The notes beneath the pieces are model-generated. The model made no database searches. It was not told the DNA's origin and was given only the letters and a program-made list of their open reading frames with translations. A DNA stretch of 64,000 nt from Asterias rubens (taxonomy: Eukaryota): assembly GCF_902459465.1 (NCBI RefSeq), contig NC_047076.1:9672001-9736000 (forward strand), read 5' to 3'. This document shows, in pieces, positions 39,101 to 54,100 of this stretch. How positions within the stretch are numbered: the stretch's first letter is position 1; every line of letters starts with the position of its first letter. Position numbers and translations under genes: made by a program.

Positions 39101-42100
39101 GATCTACATGGGTATGTGAGTAAAGATTCAAAAACATATATTGAGTCTCTTCTTGAGAATGAGATCTACATGTATGTGAGTAAAGATTCAAAAACATATA
39201 TTGAGTCTCTTCTTGAGAATGAGATCTACATGGGTATGTGAGTAAAGATTCAAAAACATATATTGAGTCTCTTCTTGAGAATGAGATCTACATGTATGTG
39301 AGTAAAGATTCAAAAACATATATTGAGTCTCTTCTTGAGAATGAGATTTAGAGTGATTTCACAGACATGTACATGTAATGATACTAAATAACAGAATTAA
39401 GCAAAGGATATATTCAATGGTGTTTTATTTACAGATGTCCTAAGTAAAAAAGCCAGACCTCTTGTGTGGATTGACCCAGACGCAAGGTAATGAAAGAAAT
39501 AATTATTCCTTTAATGGATTGTAAACGCTCATTCCTGCTTATTTCAAGTGTAGACTAATTTTTGAAGAAAAAAAATTAGTCTTGTTTGTAAATAAATTAA
39601 CACACAGCAGTCTTTGACTTAAGAGATGTTAAATTTGCATCGGGGATAAAGAATATTAATTATGGGTAAAAACCAAAATTCATAAATACCTCAGACAGTT
39701 TCGCTATTTCTATTGGTGGAAAGCGCGTCACACGGGTGTGTATAAACCCTTGTTTATGGCCAGTAAAAAGTGTTGAAACATGGGCGTGAAACGCGAGTTT
39801 GCAACTGTGCTTATAAGACAGTTTCTTCATTTTTATTGGGCGAGAGCAACCGCCGAGACAGTTGTGCCACATCATGCGATACGCGCGACGCGCACAGCAT
39901 TCCCTTATAAGGAGTTGTTTACCCGAGGGCCTTGACTGGGCCTTACCATTTCATAGCTGGAGGGGTGTTGTGTTGAAAGAAATCATTGAAAAATTATAGT
40001 TTTTGCATGAATTTGACTTTTTGACCATAAGTGTTGATGTTTTTTTGACCGAAAAGGTATTTATGAATGGGAATCAAAGTGTGTTGAATCGGTTTTCAAC
40101 TAGTGGTTTAAACCCGACGAGGCCTGGTTCTTGATAATTTACTCTGACTTTGTCTCGGTAAAATTATCAAGAACCAGGTCTCGTTGGGATTAAACCACTA
40201 GTTGAAAACCTCTTCACCACACATTGATTCCCTTATTAATGGTCTTTGACTTATCTAAACTCATATTGGTGATTGGTATACATACATAATATTTCTCCTT
40301 AAATTTAATGTTCTACTTGTATCTCTTTTAAATGTAGATTGTTTTGTAATAAAATCTCTTTGAAGATGAGTCAAAAAGCTTTTACTGTAGGTCATAGGCG
40401 ACGGTTCAGTGGTTAGGTCCTGTCAGTGCAATAATTGAGTTTGGAATGTGGTGATTTGTTGGTTGATGAATTATTCTGGATTGGAATTGAGGATCTGGCT
40501 ACCTTGAGCAGGGTCAAACTACCCAAACAACTTGAGAATATCTGGGTATGTTAAAGCTAGTAGTTACATTCACTGCTACATATCTTGGCTGCTACATGTA
40601 CATTGTAAATGTACATGTAAATACTCACTTTGGGGGTTTACTTGATAAAAAACCAGCTCAGCCAAAAATTACCTTACTTTCATACTAGTCATGGTCACAG
40701 TTAGTCAGCACAGACAGGACTCGATTTAGACACAAGCCCGACGTGCACTCACTATTTAAGAGTGCGGCGGGCTAGTCAAAGACTGGTTAGTCAGAAATTA
40801 GCAACTTTAATGCACTTGTTCACTGCTACACATTTGATGCAGTACCAACACATTTTTAACCCACGCATTGCTGCTACAAACTTGAACAAGCGGGAAAATG
40901 ATCGACCGTTGTGTGCATCGTACAGAGAACAATGCACATAGTTTGGAAAAAAATAGTGTGGCGAGAGAGATTTGTTAATAAATACTACATGTAGGTTGAA
41001 CTTTTGTATGAAATTAAACTGAAAGAAAGTTGATATTGCATACATGTACGTTGGCCACATGTCTTCAAATCCAATCCCTGGAAATTTGAGTTTTGTCTTT
41101 CCCTTCATCGCCTTCATATTTTTTGAATGGAACAATAAAGGGGAGAGCTTTTTTTAAACTGCATGTCACAGTTTCTACACGCCACTGCATGCCTAAAAGT
41201 TTGCAAAATAAAGTGTAAACAAATGTCTTCAGAAACTAATAGCTAGTTTTGTATCTGAAATTCCAAGTACTAAATGTCACTTTTTAAAGTGTAAAAACAT
41301 TGTCACTGACACCGAGCCTGCAGGATCAGCAGACGGGGGAAAATCGTCAGGTTCATGGCACTTTCATTACACTCTTTTACCCACTCAATTTACATTTTCC
41401 TTGCCTCCTTTTACTCTACTCTACAAAACAGCCTACATGTACTTCTGCTTTTTACAAACACACACATTGATTGTTCACTGATAAAGGTTTCAAAATTAAA
41501 CATGTTAAAGTCACCTGGAAATAGAATTTGTTTTTCAAACATAAGATTAACAATAAAACAATTTGTTTTAAGTATTTGTTTGTCACGATTAATATGTTTA
41601 AAAAAAGATAAAGTTGTTTTTGGGGGTTATACTCCACCTACCCCTTTTATGACGTCAATCAAGGCAGACTTTGCCTCGATCGAACATCCCCCCCCCCCCC
41701 CCCCCGCCCTTCGAATTTGCCTGCAATACATAGAGTAAACACATGTGCAAAGTACATGTAAGTAAAAGTTGTGAGTTTGTACGTTTTGAAAACAGTTTTT
41801 TTTTTTGCACTTTTCTGGCAATGCCAACCAGGTGTATTGCTGCTGGATGCAGCAAGACAAATGAAGATGGGGTCAGTTTGCATAGTCAGACTCACATGAG
41901 CAATAGTGGTCAGGTCCAAAACTTTTTCAGCGCTGTGCAGCGAACACTTGCAGCGAACAATCCTGAACACACCACACATTTGACATAAAGAGTTCTAAAA
42001 AGTTATTCTAAAAAGTTATTCTAAAAGTTATTCTAAAACACAACGCCATCCCAATAATTTGTCCAGCTAGTGGAAAATCGACGAAGGTACCTGAACGACG

Positions 42101-45100
42101 TGACAAACCTAGAGGAGCATAAAATTGCTAAACTTGAAAAAAATTGGGTAAGTTTAAACTTTGAGGGCATGATCTTTGCAAGTTTAAACTTTGAGGGCAT
42201 GTTCTTTGCGTGCGCCTAGCGTCATGATTTTTTTTTGGCATGCGATTCACCGTGCAGGGTAATCAAAGCTGAACAGGGATGAAAGGAAGACGATCATCTT
42301 AGTTTCCCGAGAAGGCGTCGGCTGAAGACAACCTCGAGCTCAACTGAAATTCTATAATGAGCTGACTAGCCCATAGTAAAGAAAAAAAATTAAAGCAAGT
42401 CCTAGCTGGCAGAATGTTTCGGCTTCTGGTAGTTTTCTTTGCCCTTATAGTAGTTGTGGAAGAAATCGGCATATTGACTTTGAAGAATATCCTAAATAAA
42501 ATACAGATGTAAAGTTTGATATTTTTGTCTAAGCTCATAGTGATTCAATTATTTAAATTCGCAGCAATTCAGAATGATAAGCAACTTCGTTTTGGTCTGT
42601 TCTTGTCAATAAATACATTAATTGCATCAGCAGCCAAGTTGAATGCTACAATTTTCGTCTCCAGTAGTATGTTGTGTCACCATACCCCAACACGTGGCAC
42701 CATTTTTTTCTTCTGTCTGTGATATGAGTAAGATTTAGCTGTCATAAGGAATATATCTGATGTTTGTTTTTGTTCAATTGTGAGAAAAAAACACGGCTAC
42801 ATTCTTTTCTCTGCAGACAGTCTGTATCAAATTTCAATGCTTAGATGATTTATCAGCGAAATTTTCAATAATAACTTTTTGCTATTAGCTGGCAGCGAAG
42901 TTACATAAAGCAGCAAAGTTAGCAACTCTTGTGAGCGAAGGATTTGATGTAGATCAGTTGTCTACATGTATATCTTCCATTATAAGACCTTGGATCCAAA
43001 TTGGGACCTGACGTACATTGTATAGAGTTTTTAAAGTTATGTTTTATAGTTAATGGCAATGCTATTTCTAATAATTGCAGAAAGTTGTTAAGGAACATGG
43101 AATATTTCCTGGAGAGTTTTGTTTGATTTTATGGTCCAGGTGTTTCTGTTAAAATGTGTGAAGGAAAACAACTGGATGCATAATTCTTAGGATAATGTTT
43201 TTTTTGTTTTTGTTTTTGCTAGTTTATTTGAAGCTGTAAGGATGTTAATTCAGTCAAAGATTCATCGATTACCCATTGTGGATCCAATAACTGGTAATGT
43301 TATCTACATTCTAACTCACAAGAGGATACTCAAGTTTCTTGGATTATTGGTAAGTCAGTCAGAGACTTTGTTAGTTTTTATGTTAAACAGCCAATAAAGG
43401 ATGATCTCAAATATATAGATATTACGTTTTTTTAACAGCTGCACTCCTTAGATACATAAAAAATATATTGAGTCTCTTACCTCATGTTAAAACATGGTTA
43501 AAATGGGTTTTTCTCCAGAACGCTCAGAGCCAAATATCTGAAAAACGTGGGGTCAAACAAACCCGCGCGACAAAGGAATCGTGACGTCAGTGGCGGCTAT
43601 TTGGTGTGGAAATGCCAAAGCTGGAGAACTGTGTTCAAAACCAATAGGGGAAATTCGTCACTGGCGTCCAGGGTCATTATAATAGATGAGCCGTTTTTGA
43701 CTCTCGGCTGAAAAAGCCGCGCGGCCGGGTGCATTTTTGACTCGAGATATTTATTACTAAATGCAATTTTTGAGAATAAAATTGTTATTAACCGGTATCT
43801 GCGAAGTCTATTTGGCCATAAAAAGGTAGTAGTTGACATATTGAGATCGTCCTTTATTGGCTCTTTAATGCTACATGTATATTGTATACAAAATAACATA
43901 TTGATGTTTGTATTGGGTAATGACTTCATCCACAGCAAAAGTAAAGTATTCGGTGCAAATAGCACCATATGTGTCAGTTTTTCCCGATACTATTTACAAC
44001 AAAAAGTTGTTCTGGTCATGCAGACGAAGTTCATATTGCCTAGCTGATGTTTTTTTCTGCTGCCACAGGTGGTATGTCAGCCTCTTGGCAGAAGAGACCG
44101 TTTTCCCGGTCTATCTTTGGGTCTGCTACCTGCAATGTGACTTTCTAAAAGAATTTTGGGGTATTGGCAGCTTCCCGTTCTGTTCACATGCCCAAAATAC
44201 TACAGTTTTGTTTTCCTAATTGTAGTTGGAAGATCTTTGAAGTAGTGAAGCAGTTCACGTACGCTTGTGTTGCGCAGCTTGTCCCTTCTGGTGACCTCCA
44301 TATATTTCTCAAGCAGGCCATCCTGAAAACCCTTAATCTCTCTTCACCTGCTTTCTTTAATGTCCATGTTTCGGTGCTGTAGGTGGCTATTGGTAGAACC
44401 AAGACTCTGTAAAGGTTAAGCTTGGTTGAATTCTTGATGTCTTTGGATGTCCAAATAGAGTTCAGCTTTTGCATGGCTCCCTGGCTAGTCCAACTCTACG
44501 CTTGATGTCATTTTCACTGTGGTGGGGATTTTTGAAATCACACCCTTATAAAAGTAGATGAAGTTTTTGATTGGTCCAGGGATTTACCATTTATCTGGAT
44601 GTTAAGCTGGATCTTAGTCCTTAAAAGGACTTGGACTACAGTTTTGCTCTCGTTTATTGTCAGACCAAACTTCTTGCTTAAGGTATCAGCCTCTGAAACT
44701 AGAAACCGGATGTCTTTATTTCTGCCAGGAGTACAGAATCGACTGCAAAACGAAGATTGTTGATGTAATGTCTTTGTACTTTCGCACCAATCTGCTCGTC
44801 TTGGATCACAAGTCCCACAGCCAGATCCAGGATGATGTGAAAGAGTTGGGGGGACAGTATACATCCCTGCCTACTCCTGTTGTGGTAGTGAACCATGAGT
44901 CGCGTTCCCCATTAACTCTTACAGCGCTTTGGGAAACACTATAGAGAGCTCTAAGGAGATCTACTGTTTTTGATGGGTAGCCAAGGTGTCACATGGCTTG
45001 CCAGAGACCCTACTGCCAGACCGTGTCTAAGGCCTTTTGGGTATATTGATGTAACAGCAGTATAGAGGTTTTCTTATCTCATTATACTTTTCTGCTAGCT

Positions 45101-48100
45101 GTCTTAAAGTGAAGAGTTGGTCGGTGGTGCTACGTCCTGGTCTGAAGCCTGCCTGTGATTCAGCTAGGATGTTTTCTGTTTGGGTCTGCATTCGTTTGTG
45201 TAATATGTTGCAGAAGATTTCCCTATTTCCCAGGCTGATTCCCCTATAGTTGGAGCAATCCAACTTTGTCCTTTGTTTTGTAGATGGGTACAATGATGGC
45301 TCTCCCCGAGTCCTGTGGATTTTCACCCATATCCCATATTTTGTTGCAGTTTGTGTACGATTTTAACGCCTATTTCTCATGTTGCTTTTAGCTCTTCGGC
45401 CGAGATGGCATCAAATCCTGGGGCTGCCTGTCAACTACAGGAACATTTAGAGCATAACCTGACATTGTCAGATATGGATGTCTGCCAGGGACCCTCCGCT
45501 GTGTGCGGAAAATTTGTGTGGCAGTAGCCATTATTTACTATGTGAGAGGAACTTGTGAATCTCTAGTTGGTTTCATGTTGTATCTACAATGTTTGATTCA
45601 GCCCATTAGTTTGCCTCTTTGTAAGGGGACCATGCGCCACACACAGCAGGGGTCCCCGACAGACAGCCATATCTGACTATGTTCTGAAATGCTCTGAACC
45701 GAAATGCTCTGTACTGTTGCTCTAGTGTCTAATGGCTTGGTGAACTTCATCCAACAGGATATTTGGTTTTTATCTACTTCTGGGATAGTTGGGATGGATT
45801 GAAGAATTGAGGTGTCTTCAGGGCTAGGTTTATTGAACAGATCCTCGAAACTCTCTTTCCATCTTTCCTTTACTTCGTTGTCCTCAGTGAGAACTTTTCC
45901 ATTTTGTTGTCTTTCAAGCTTGACATTCCAGTTGTGCGTTTCCCTGTGATTGTTTTGATAGTGGCGTATATTTGCTTTGTCTTCCTAGCTTCACGTGCAT
46001 CAGTACTTCTCTACACAGTTTTCACATAAATTGTCGTTGCACTCTTTTGTCTTGTGTTTTATTTCTCTATTTAGATAGTTGTATTTGGGTTTCAGAGAGG
46101 CATCTTCTACGCGTTGCAGTTTCAATATCCTTCTCTGTCTGCTTAGCTCAAGCACCTCGATAGGTGACATGCTTTCTCTTGTTGTATTTTTTCTTTCCAA
46201 TGATTTGATTTGAAGTTTCATTGATTGATTTTTTGGTATCATTCCAGAAGACATCAATTCCAACATCCGTATCTAGGATGTCTAGAAGGGGCTGGAATCT
46301 TCCTCCTGTTGTCATGCTGTATGCGCCGTAGCACCTTGTAAACCTTTATAAGGTGCTACAAACTGGGTCTCAGAATTCATCTGCAATAACCTATCTTTCT
46401 GAAAGTTTGCATATATTCAGCGCTTTGAGTACCTTGTTTGGTAGATACGTGCGCTACATAAGACTTTGATTATACCATTATTATTATTACTTTGTAATTG
46501 TCTTTTGTCTCGGTTGACTTGAGTTTTGACACTTCAAAACGTGGGCATTTATTTGCTTTTGGTTTAACCTTCATCTTCAGTTTTAGATCAGCAAGCACCA
46601 TCTGATGGTCTGATCCAACATCTGCACTGGGGTAGCTGCGTGAGTTGTAGATGCAGCTTTTCCATTTCTGCTGAATGAGTACATGGTCAATTTTGTTTCT
46701 TGTTGATCCATCTGGGGATTCCCAAGTCCACTCACGGCTAAATTTGGGTTGTTTGAACCTGGTTTTGGATATGCAGAGATTGTTGGAGGCGGACAAGTTT
46801 AGTAGTTTTTCGCCTCTTGTATTCCTCTCGCCACACCCGAACTTGCCTAAAATAAAAGCTCCCAATCACTGCCGACTTTTGCGTTGAAATCTCCGCATTA
46901 AAACTAAGCATACATTCATATGTTCAATCTTGTAAGCAAAGGGGTGAGGCAATAACTGATGGAAACATATGTGATTGCACATGAAATAATAAAGATTGAC
47001 ATCTTGAGAACACCCTGTGTCTAAGGTAAAGTTAACCTTTTATCGACTGTTCAGTTACTTTAAATCTGTAATCTCCTTTATTTTTAAGAAAAATGAGTTG
47101 AGTAGCCCAACCTTCTTGAAGAGGAGTCTGCAGGATCTTGGGATTGGTACCTATACCAATATTGCCACTGTGAGTGTTGTTCAATCAGCCTTTCACACCT
47201 GTAAATTCACTACCTGAACATATCTCATAGAGACAAAATTGTCTAGGGGCATATTGCATTTCACCATTCAAAAAGCCTTGTTGTTTAAACAGTATTTTTC
47301 ATCAAATAAACATTTTTGCATTTCCATATTGTTTCCTTATAAATATTTCTTGACATCATCTTGAATTAAATTGCTTAAATATGCAAACATTTGGATTGAT
47401 TCCTTGTACATTCTTCAACATTTGTTTTTTGAGTGTGCAGATTTGGTTATCAATGTGTAGAATAAACCCTGTTATCTTTTGTTTTGATTGACAGGCTAAA
47501 CGAGACACACCACTTATCAAGGCTCTTCAGATCTTTGTAGAGCGTAGAGTATCAGCCTTGCCTGTCATTGATGATAACAACAAAATCATTGACATATATG
47601 CCAAATTTGATGTGATCGTAAGTTTGAAATTACAAATTTGTATTATACTTGTCTATATTATGTTATCACTTATATACAATGTGCACCTCTTGATGCTTTT
47701 TTTACCAAAGTTTCCCCTTATTTATTTATTTATTTATTTATTTCCTTTATTTACCCAGGGTGAGCCAAATCAATAAAAAACTGTATTCCATTTGGGCCCT
47801 GCGAACAAACTAACATGTTAAAAGTAAACATAAAATCACATGATAAAATTACGATATAAAAATTACGTAAATATTTTAGAATGTTACGGAAAATTAAAAG
47901 CAATAATAAACAAAAAATAAGAGTAAAAAAATAATACTCTTTTTGATCATTGCGATCTATCAAGAAAATCACATGAATCTTGCTACAACATCAGCCATTG
48001 TTATCATATTCGTGCTATACAACTGCTATTGTTATCATATTCTTGCTATACAACTGCCATTGTTATCATATTCGTGCTATACAACTGCCATTGTTATCAT

Positions 48101-51100
48101 ATTCTTGCTATACAACTGCCATTGTTATCATATTCTTGCTATACAACTGCCATTGTTATCATATTCGTGCTATACAACTGCCATTGTTATCATATTCGTG
48201 CTATACAGCTGCCAACAACTGCCATTGTTATCATATTTTTGCTATACAACTGCCATTGTTATCATATTCTTGCTATACAGCTGCCATTGTTATCATATTC
48301 TTGCTATACAACTGCCATTGTTATCATATTCTTGCTACAACTTCAGCCGTTGTTATCATATTCTTGCTACAACTTCAGCCGTTGTTATCATATTTTTGCT
48401 ATACAACTGCCATTGTTATAATATTCTTGCTATACAGCTGCCATTGTTATCATAATCTTGCTTCAACTTCAGCCATTGTTATCATATTCTTGCTACAACT
48501 TCAGCCATTGTTATCATAATCTTGCTAAAACTTCAGCCATTGTTATCATAATCTTGCTACAACTTCAGCCATTGTTATCATATTCTTGCTATACAACTGC
48601 CATTGTTATCATGTTCTTGCTACAACTTCAACCATTGTTATCATATTCTTGCTATACAACTGCCATTGTTATCATGTTCTTGCTACAACTTCAGCCATTG
48701 TTATCATAATCTTGCTACAACATCAGCCATTGTTATCATAATCTTGACCCAATGAGAGAACAAAAAGAATTACCAGCTTAAATGCCAGTGTGGCAAGACC
48801 ACAACTCATTTTCCAGATCACTCATGACTGCCCTGACTTCAGAGCACTAAAGGGCGAGTAGGTCATCAGAGACCTTGATGAGGACACCATCAAGTGGCTT
48901 GAAGTTACTAAATTAACAATTTGACTTTATTCAATGTCTACCTTGGTCCATAGATCAAACGAAACAAGAAGTGTTCTAATATGGTTGTATCACTGTAATT
49001 CATCTTGAAAACTAAACTGGGATGACCTGATAATTTGCAACAACTTTTTGTATCATTTTCATTTTGTGTAAAATGCGTGAGTCTGGGAATTAGAAACAAA
49101 TGTTTAACTTTTTACAACCCTCCTTATGAAGTAATAAGAACGGTTTCAACAAGTACAATGTAGTGATGTATTATATTCATTCTTAAATTGTCATCATTAT
49201 ATTTTCATCAGTACCCATGTCGATATACAATAACATGATTGTTTCAATGTATTATATATATGTAGAATTTGGCTGCTGAGAAGACATACAACAATTTGGA
49301 TATTACCATCCAGCAAGCATTGCAGTTTAGACAAACCTACTTTGAAGGAGTCCATACATGTCAAGCCACTGAGAAATTAGAAACTATCATGGAGAAAATT
49401 ATCAGAGCAGAGGTAAATATCCTTTTATATTTATAGGAACATTTTTTCTTTAGAACCATTGCACTTGAAATAAATTTCTACGTCATTCAATTGTAGCATG
49501 CCCCTTGATCTTTAAATGGAAGAAGTTGGATTAACTTGCATTTCATTAACCTTTAGATTTCATGAAAATGCAACATTTCTGTGGAGTCGGCCATAATGCT
49601 ACTCTCACACTTGGGTGAATATTCTTGCGAATATGAATATTTGAAATTCGCGATGAATTCGCCCAAAAGCTGCGATTCGATAGTGAATATGTTCTCGGTC
49701 ATTCCTCAACATCTCCTTACTAATATCTTAAGCATGATACGCACGCTTTACCAACAGTACCAATGGCTTACCGATGCTTACGAAAATTGATGGCGAATTA
49801 CCGTCTTCACAACATTCGCTGAAATTTAGGAAGCGCTTCGTATTGCCCCTCTCACAGAGTAGCGAATGTTCTTGCGAAGATGAATGTTTAAACTTGGCGT
49901 TGAATTCGTCCAAAATGGCGGTCTCATCCCTCGATCGTCCTCGGTCGGCCCTCTTCTTTCCAATATCTAATGAACATATTAAGAATGCTTACCAACGCTT
50001 GCCAAAGCCTTTACGAACGTTGCCAACACCCAGCACGCTTTACCAATGTTAACAAGTCGACGGTGAATGACCGTCCTCACAACATTCGCTTAAATTTAGA
50101 AACCGGTTTCTAAATTGACCGATCTTTGTAAGGAGGTGGGGAATAATTTGTGGAGGTTCCGAATTTGTTGCCAACGCTTACGAAGACATGGCGAATGTTG
50201 CGAAGTTTGAGCGATTGTCAAATATTTCCTTTCGTTTGCATATTCGCTAGCATATTCGTCGTGTGACGAATAAAATGTGTTTTATTATTACTGTAGGTTT
50301 TAATGCCTGTTTTGGACAAGAAATTAAGGTCATATACAATCTGATGTATAAATTTTGATGAAATAATAAGCAATTATAAGCAGAGGTTTGAATTTTGAAA
50401 CACACGGTTTTAAATGGAAGTCAAGCCAATAATGATGTCACACTCATTTTGTATAGATTGTAAATATCCGAAGTGGGGTTCAGTAGTTTTGATTGTTTCA
50501 GTTATTTCATTTTGATTTTCATGTATTTCAATATCTGAAGACGCCATGATGACATAACTTAACAGTTTTCTCTCCAGTTGCCTGTCTAACTGTATATGAA
50601 GTTTCTTGTTTAAATGAGCTTGGAATGTGTGCCTTTTTTAGCGGATGATCGATTGGGAGACTAGCAGAAAAAGTATTCAAAAAAAAGAACGGGAAGAAAG
50701 AAAACAACAAGAGGTGTTCCCAGACTTATAATCTTTGACAGCACATGTAACATTTTAAATTGTGACCACTCTTTGACCTTAATTAAAGGAACAAGAAGCT
50801 CTTTAATTTGGAAAATCATATTTCCCGAACCATATGTCATGGTATNNNNNNNNNNNNNNNNNNNNNNNNNNNNNNNNNNNNNNNNNNNNNNNNNNNNNNN
50901 NNNNNNNNNNNNNNNNNNNNNNNNNNNNNNNNNNNNNNNNNNNNNNNNNNNNNNNNNNNNNNNNNNNNNNNNNNNNNNNNNNNNNNNNNNNNNNCGGAGA
51001 GTATATTTTACTTGAATGGTGGCAATGGTCATACTCACGTGTTCAATTAGTGAAATATTATTGGGTTATTTTTTGACAGTACAGAGATGCAACTTTTCCA

Positions 51101-54100
51101 ATTTAGATAGGAAAACCGACTTTTCTTATTTTTACTCCCAAAATCCAATTTTTCAGGTTTTGTTTTGTTCAAAATCTAAAATGTATAAATCGGATAAAAA
51201 ATGTCAGATCTTTCGCTATTTTAAATTCGAAAAACTCGGTAATCGCCGTTAAAACCATTGAGAAACTCCATGGTAACGTCAGCGATCGGGCGCGAATCAC
51301 ACCCGGTCTTACTAATTGCCGTCAACTCGCTTGTGTTAGTCAATCCGTCAACTCTCAACCACGCAGATATGGCAGGCATGGATAAGTTTTAGTCTTGACC
51401 CAAGACGGCACCGATCAATTTACACGTAGCACAGTACATAATACACCATGCAGTACTGATCATTGACGACTTAGGTCAAGACTATTCCAAATGCAGAAAA
51501 GCGCCCTCTGTTGTCGTGTTGTACAAAAGCCTGTGAAAATGCAAGATGGCGGCCGACTGCTCTGCTGAGAGATAATTTTTTTCACGAGAAAAAAACCTAA
51601 ATTTTTACACCAAAATGTTACCTAAAACTTATAAAACTTCTCCTCAAGCTAATACATTACAGTTCTACATGTACATGTATGCCTATTTTGTGGATTTTAA
51701 AAACAAATTGGAGGAGTTGACGGCGAGTTGATGGCACCAAGCAAGTTGACGAGTTAACGGTAAGGAAGTATTTAGGTAGGACCCTACCAGCCTACATAAT
51801 ATCTGTACATGTATTTCTACCTCCGCGCTATTTCCAAGTGTGCGTTGCTGACCGAACATTTTTATTGCAAAATAAGTTTTTTGTACAACCGATCTTCAAA
51901 TCATAAATCCATGAAAATGGCTGTTGACGAAAAAAGTGTTATTAAGGGCAGAAATTAGCGGGTAAGATCGTCCAATTTTGTTTGCATCAATGTTACAATT
52001 GGGCTAGTGAAACTTTTGTTGTGCGACCCAAAGTTTGTTTGACCCCCAAACTAGTAAAACATACATATTTCGTATGTTCACCTCCGGCGACCGCAACAAA
52101 TCAGTCCGGGTTTGTCCCTATTTCTGGCTGCGAGGTTGGGGTGGTTTACTGCGTTAAGTGTCCAAAACAGCACCACAAATTTTTTCAGGTTTCTTTTTTT
52201 CAACACCTGGTTGCATCTCTGGACAGTAGCAGCTTAGAAATCCTACTGATTAGGATGACACTATATGACCTCTACTTTTGGTCAAAACCAAAATTGGCTT
52301 GTAAATTAACAGCGATATACATGTAATGTACATGTACATATAGTCCGGCAAGGTTCTTGTTTAATAGGACCAATGGTGTCATAACATCTAAAAGCGTTCT
52401 GTAGCCATAAGATAAAAACAATTCAAAGTACGATTTTACCAGACTTACATGTAGGCAGTGAAGTTTATGATAAGCCTTTAAAATTTGGTGTACATTGACC
52501 TGTATACAGACAACATTGTGAAGTCATAGGTTGATGGGGCTATCAGGTGTCATGTGGTTTTGCTTTAAAGGTTTACTTTTGTATCTACCAAACCACAAGT
52601 TCAAATGATAAGAGATGTTAAAAGTTCAAATGAGTTTAATATTCCCAGGCGAGATGAATTTTGTGACTTCTGCATCTGTTCGGTACTGCACACAAACTCC
52701 ACTATCAGGATATCAATGGTACAGGCGCTTGGTGGCTAGTAGTGGATGTCAGAGAGATGGCTCTGTAGTTACCTGGTTCTGAACAATTACCTTTCTTTAA
52801 GATTGTCATGATTGGGGAGACGTTTGCTTTTAACCAGTCCTCGGGTAACTCTCCTGTATCTATGGACTTTTGAAAGATTTGCTGCAATTACGGTGGGATA
52901 CTTTCAGTGCATTCCTTCAGTACTGCTTTATGCGGCTTCAATTCTTTCAACAGTTTAAAAATTCCTTGACTTGTGAATGTTATAGGGGCCACGGATGGTG
53001 ATGCGGCACTACTATTCCTAGGTAAGTTGTGACAATCTTCATGGGTAAAGACCGACTGGAACTGGTTGTTCAGGCCATTTGCGTATTCAAGGGGAGACGC
53101 GGCTATTCTGCTTCGGGTGGCAACTGAGGCAACTCCCGTAGAGCTCTGTCTTAGGCTCTTTATACATGTAAATCTCCAGAATGGCTTGGTGTTTCATGTT
53201 GTCAAGCTCTCACCCACATTGCAGAGGTGATCACCACAGGCTTTGATGCGGCTCAACGCAAGGTTCAGGAGGATGTTCCTCTCAGAGTCCGAGTTTGTAT
53301 GCTTTGCTTTGTCATACACCTTTTTTTTATGTGTGCTACATGTAAGTTTCTTTTGGGTGCCTGTAAACCAAGGTAAATTGTTGCTTGGTGACGTAAGTTT
53401 TGTTGGCTCATGGCGGAATTAAGAGCTTCTTTAAATCCTTTCCACAGATCATTTACAGGTGAATTCTTAAGGGAGTCGGCAAACTGATTTAAAATTGTTA
53501 AATATGTGCCCGAAATTTCCCTTTTGAATTAAGTAGATTTTCCTATGTTGTTGTTATATTTTGCGAGAAGAATGTAAGAGTTCAGAAGAAACAATGTCGT
53601 GGTCTGAGATACTAGTGAATATGTTAATGTTGTGTACTAGTAGCGGCACGTTTGTGAAGACTAAGTCCAGAATGCTGTCGTTCCGTGTAGAACTTGACAC
53701 AATTTGATGAAGATTGTAGTCCTGAGCAATGGTGATCATCTGTTTTCTAGCTGCTGGGTATCTCCCCCCTCGTCTAAAACAATTCTTTGACCATTCAATG
53801 AGCGGTCAAATAATTGTTTTACATCAACAGATCATAACATGTTCGTCACAGCAGCTGAGCTGTTCTTTAATACATTAGTGAACATTTCGTGAACTTTTAT
53901 GAACTTCATCTAAACTTTTTTGCAGTTGTTGAACTTTAAATGAAAAATCATAACTGCAGATCAACAGGTTCTTGAACTTTGATGAACAGTCATGGTTTAC
54001 AATGACCGTGGACGCCACAGGTTCATGAACACCTTTTTTTAAATGAAGAACAGTGATGAACATTCATGAACTTCATGACCTCATTACATATTCATAATGT

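Noticed and set aside
50661-51076. ORFs spanning X runs
   Set aside because: Artefacts of the N gap.
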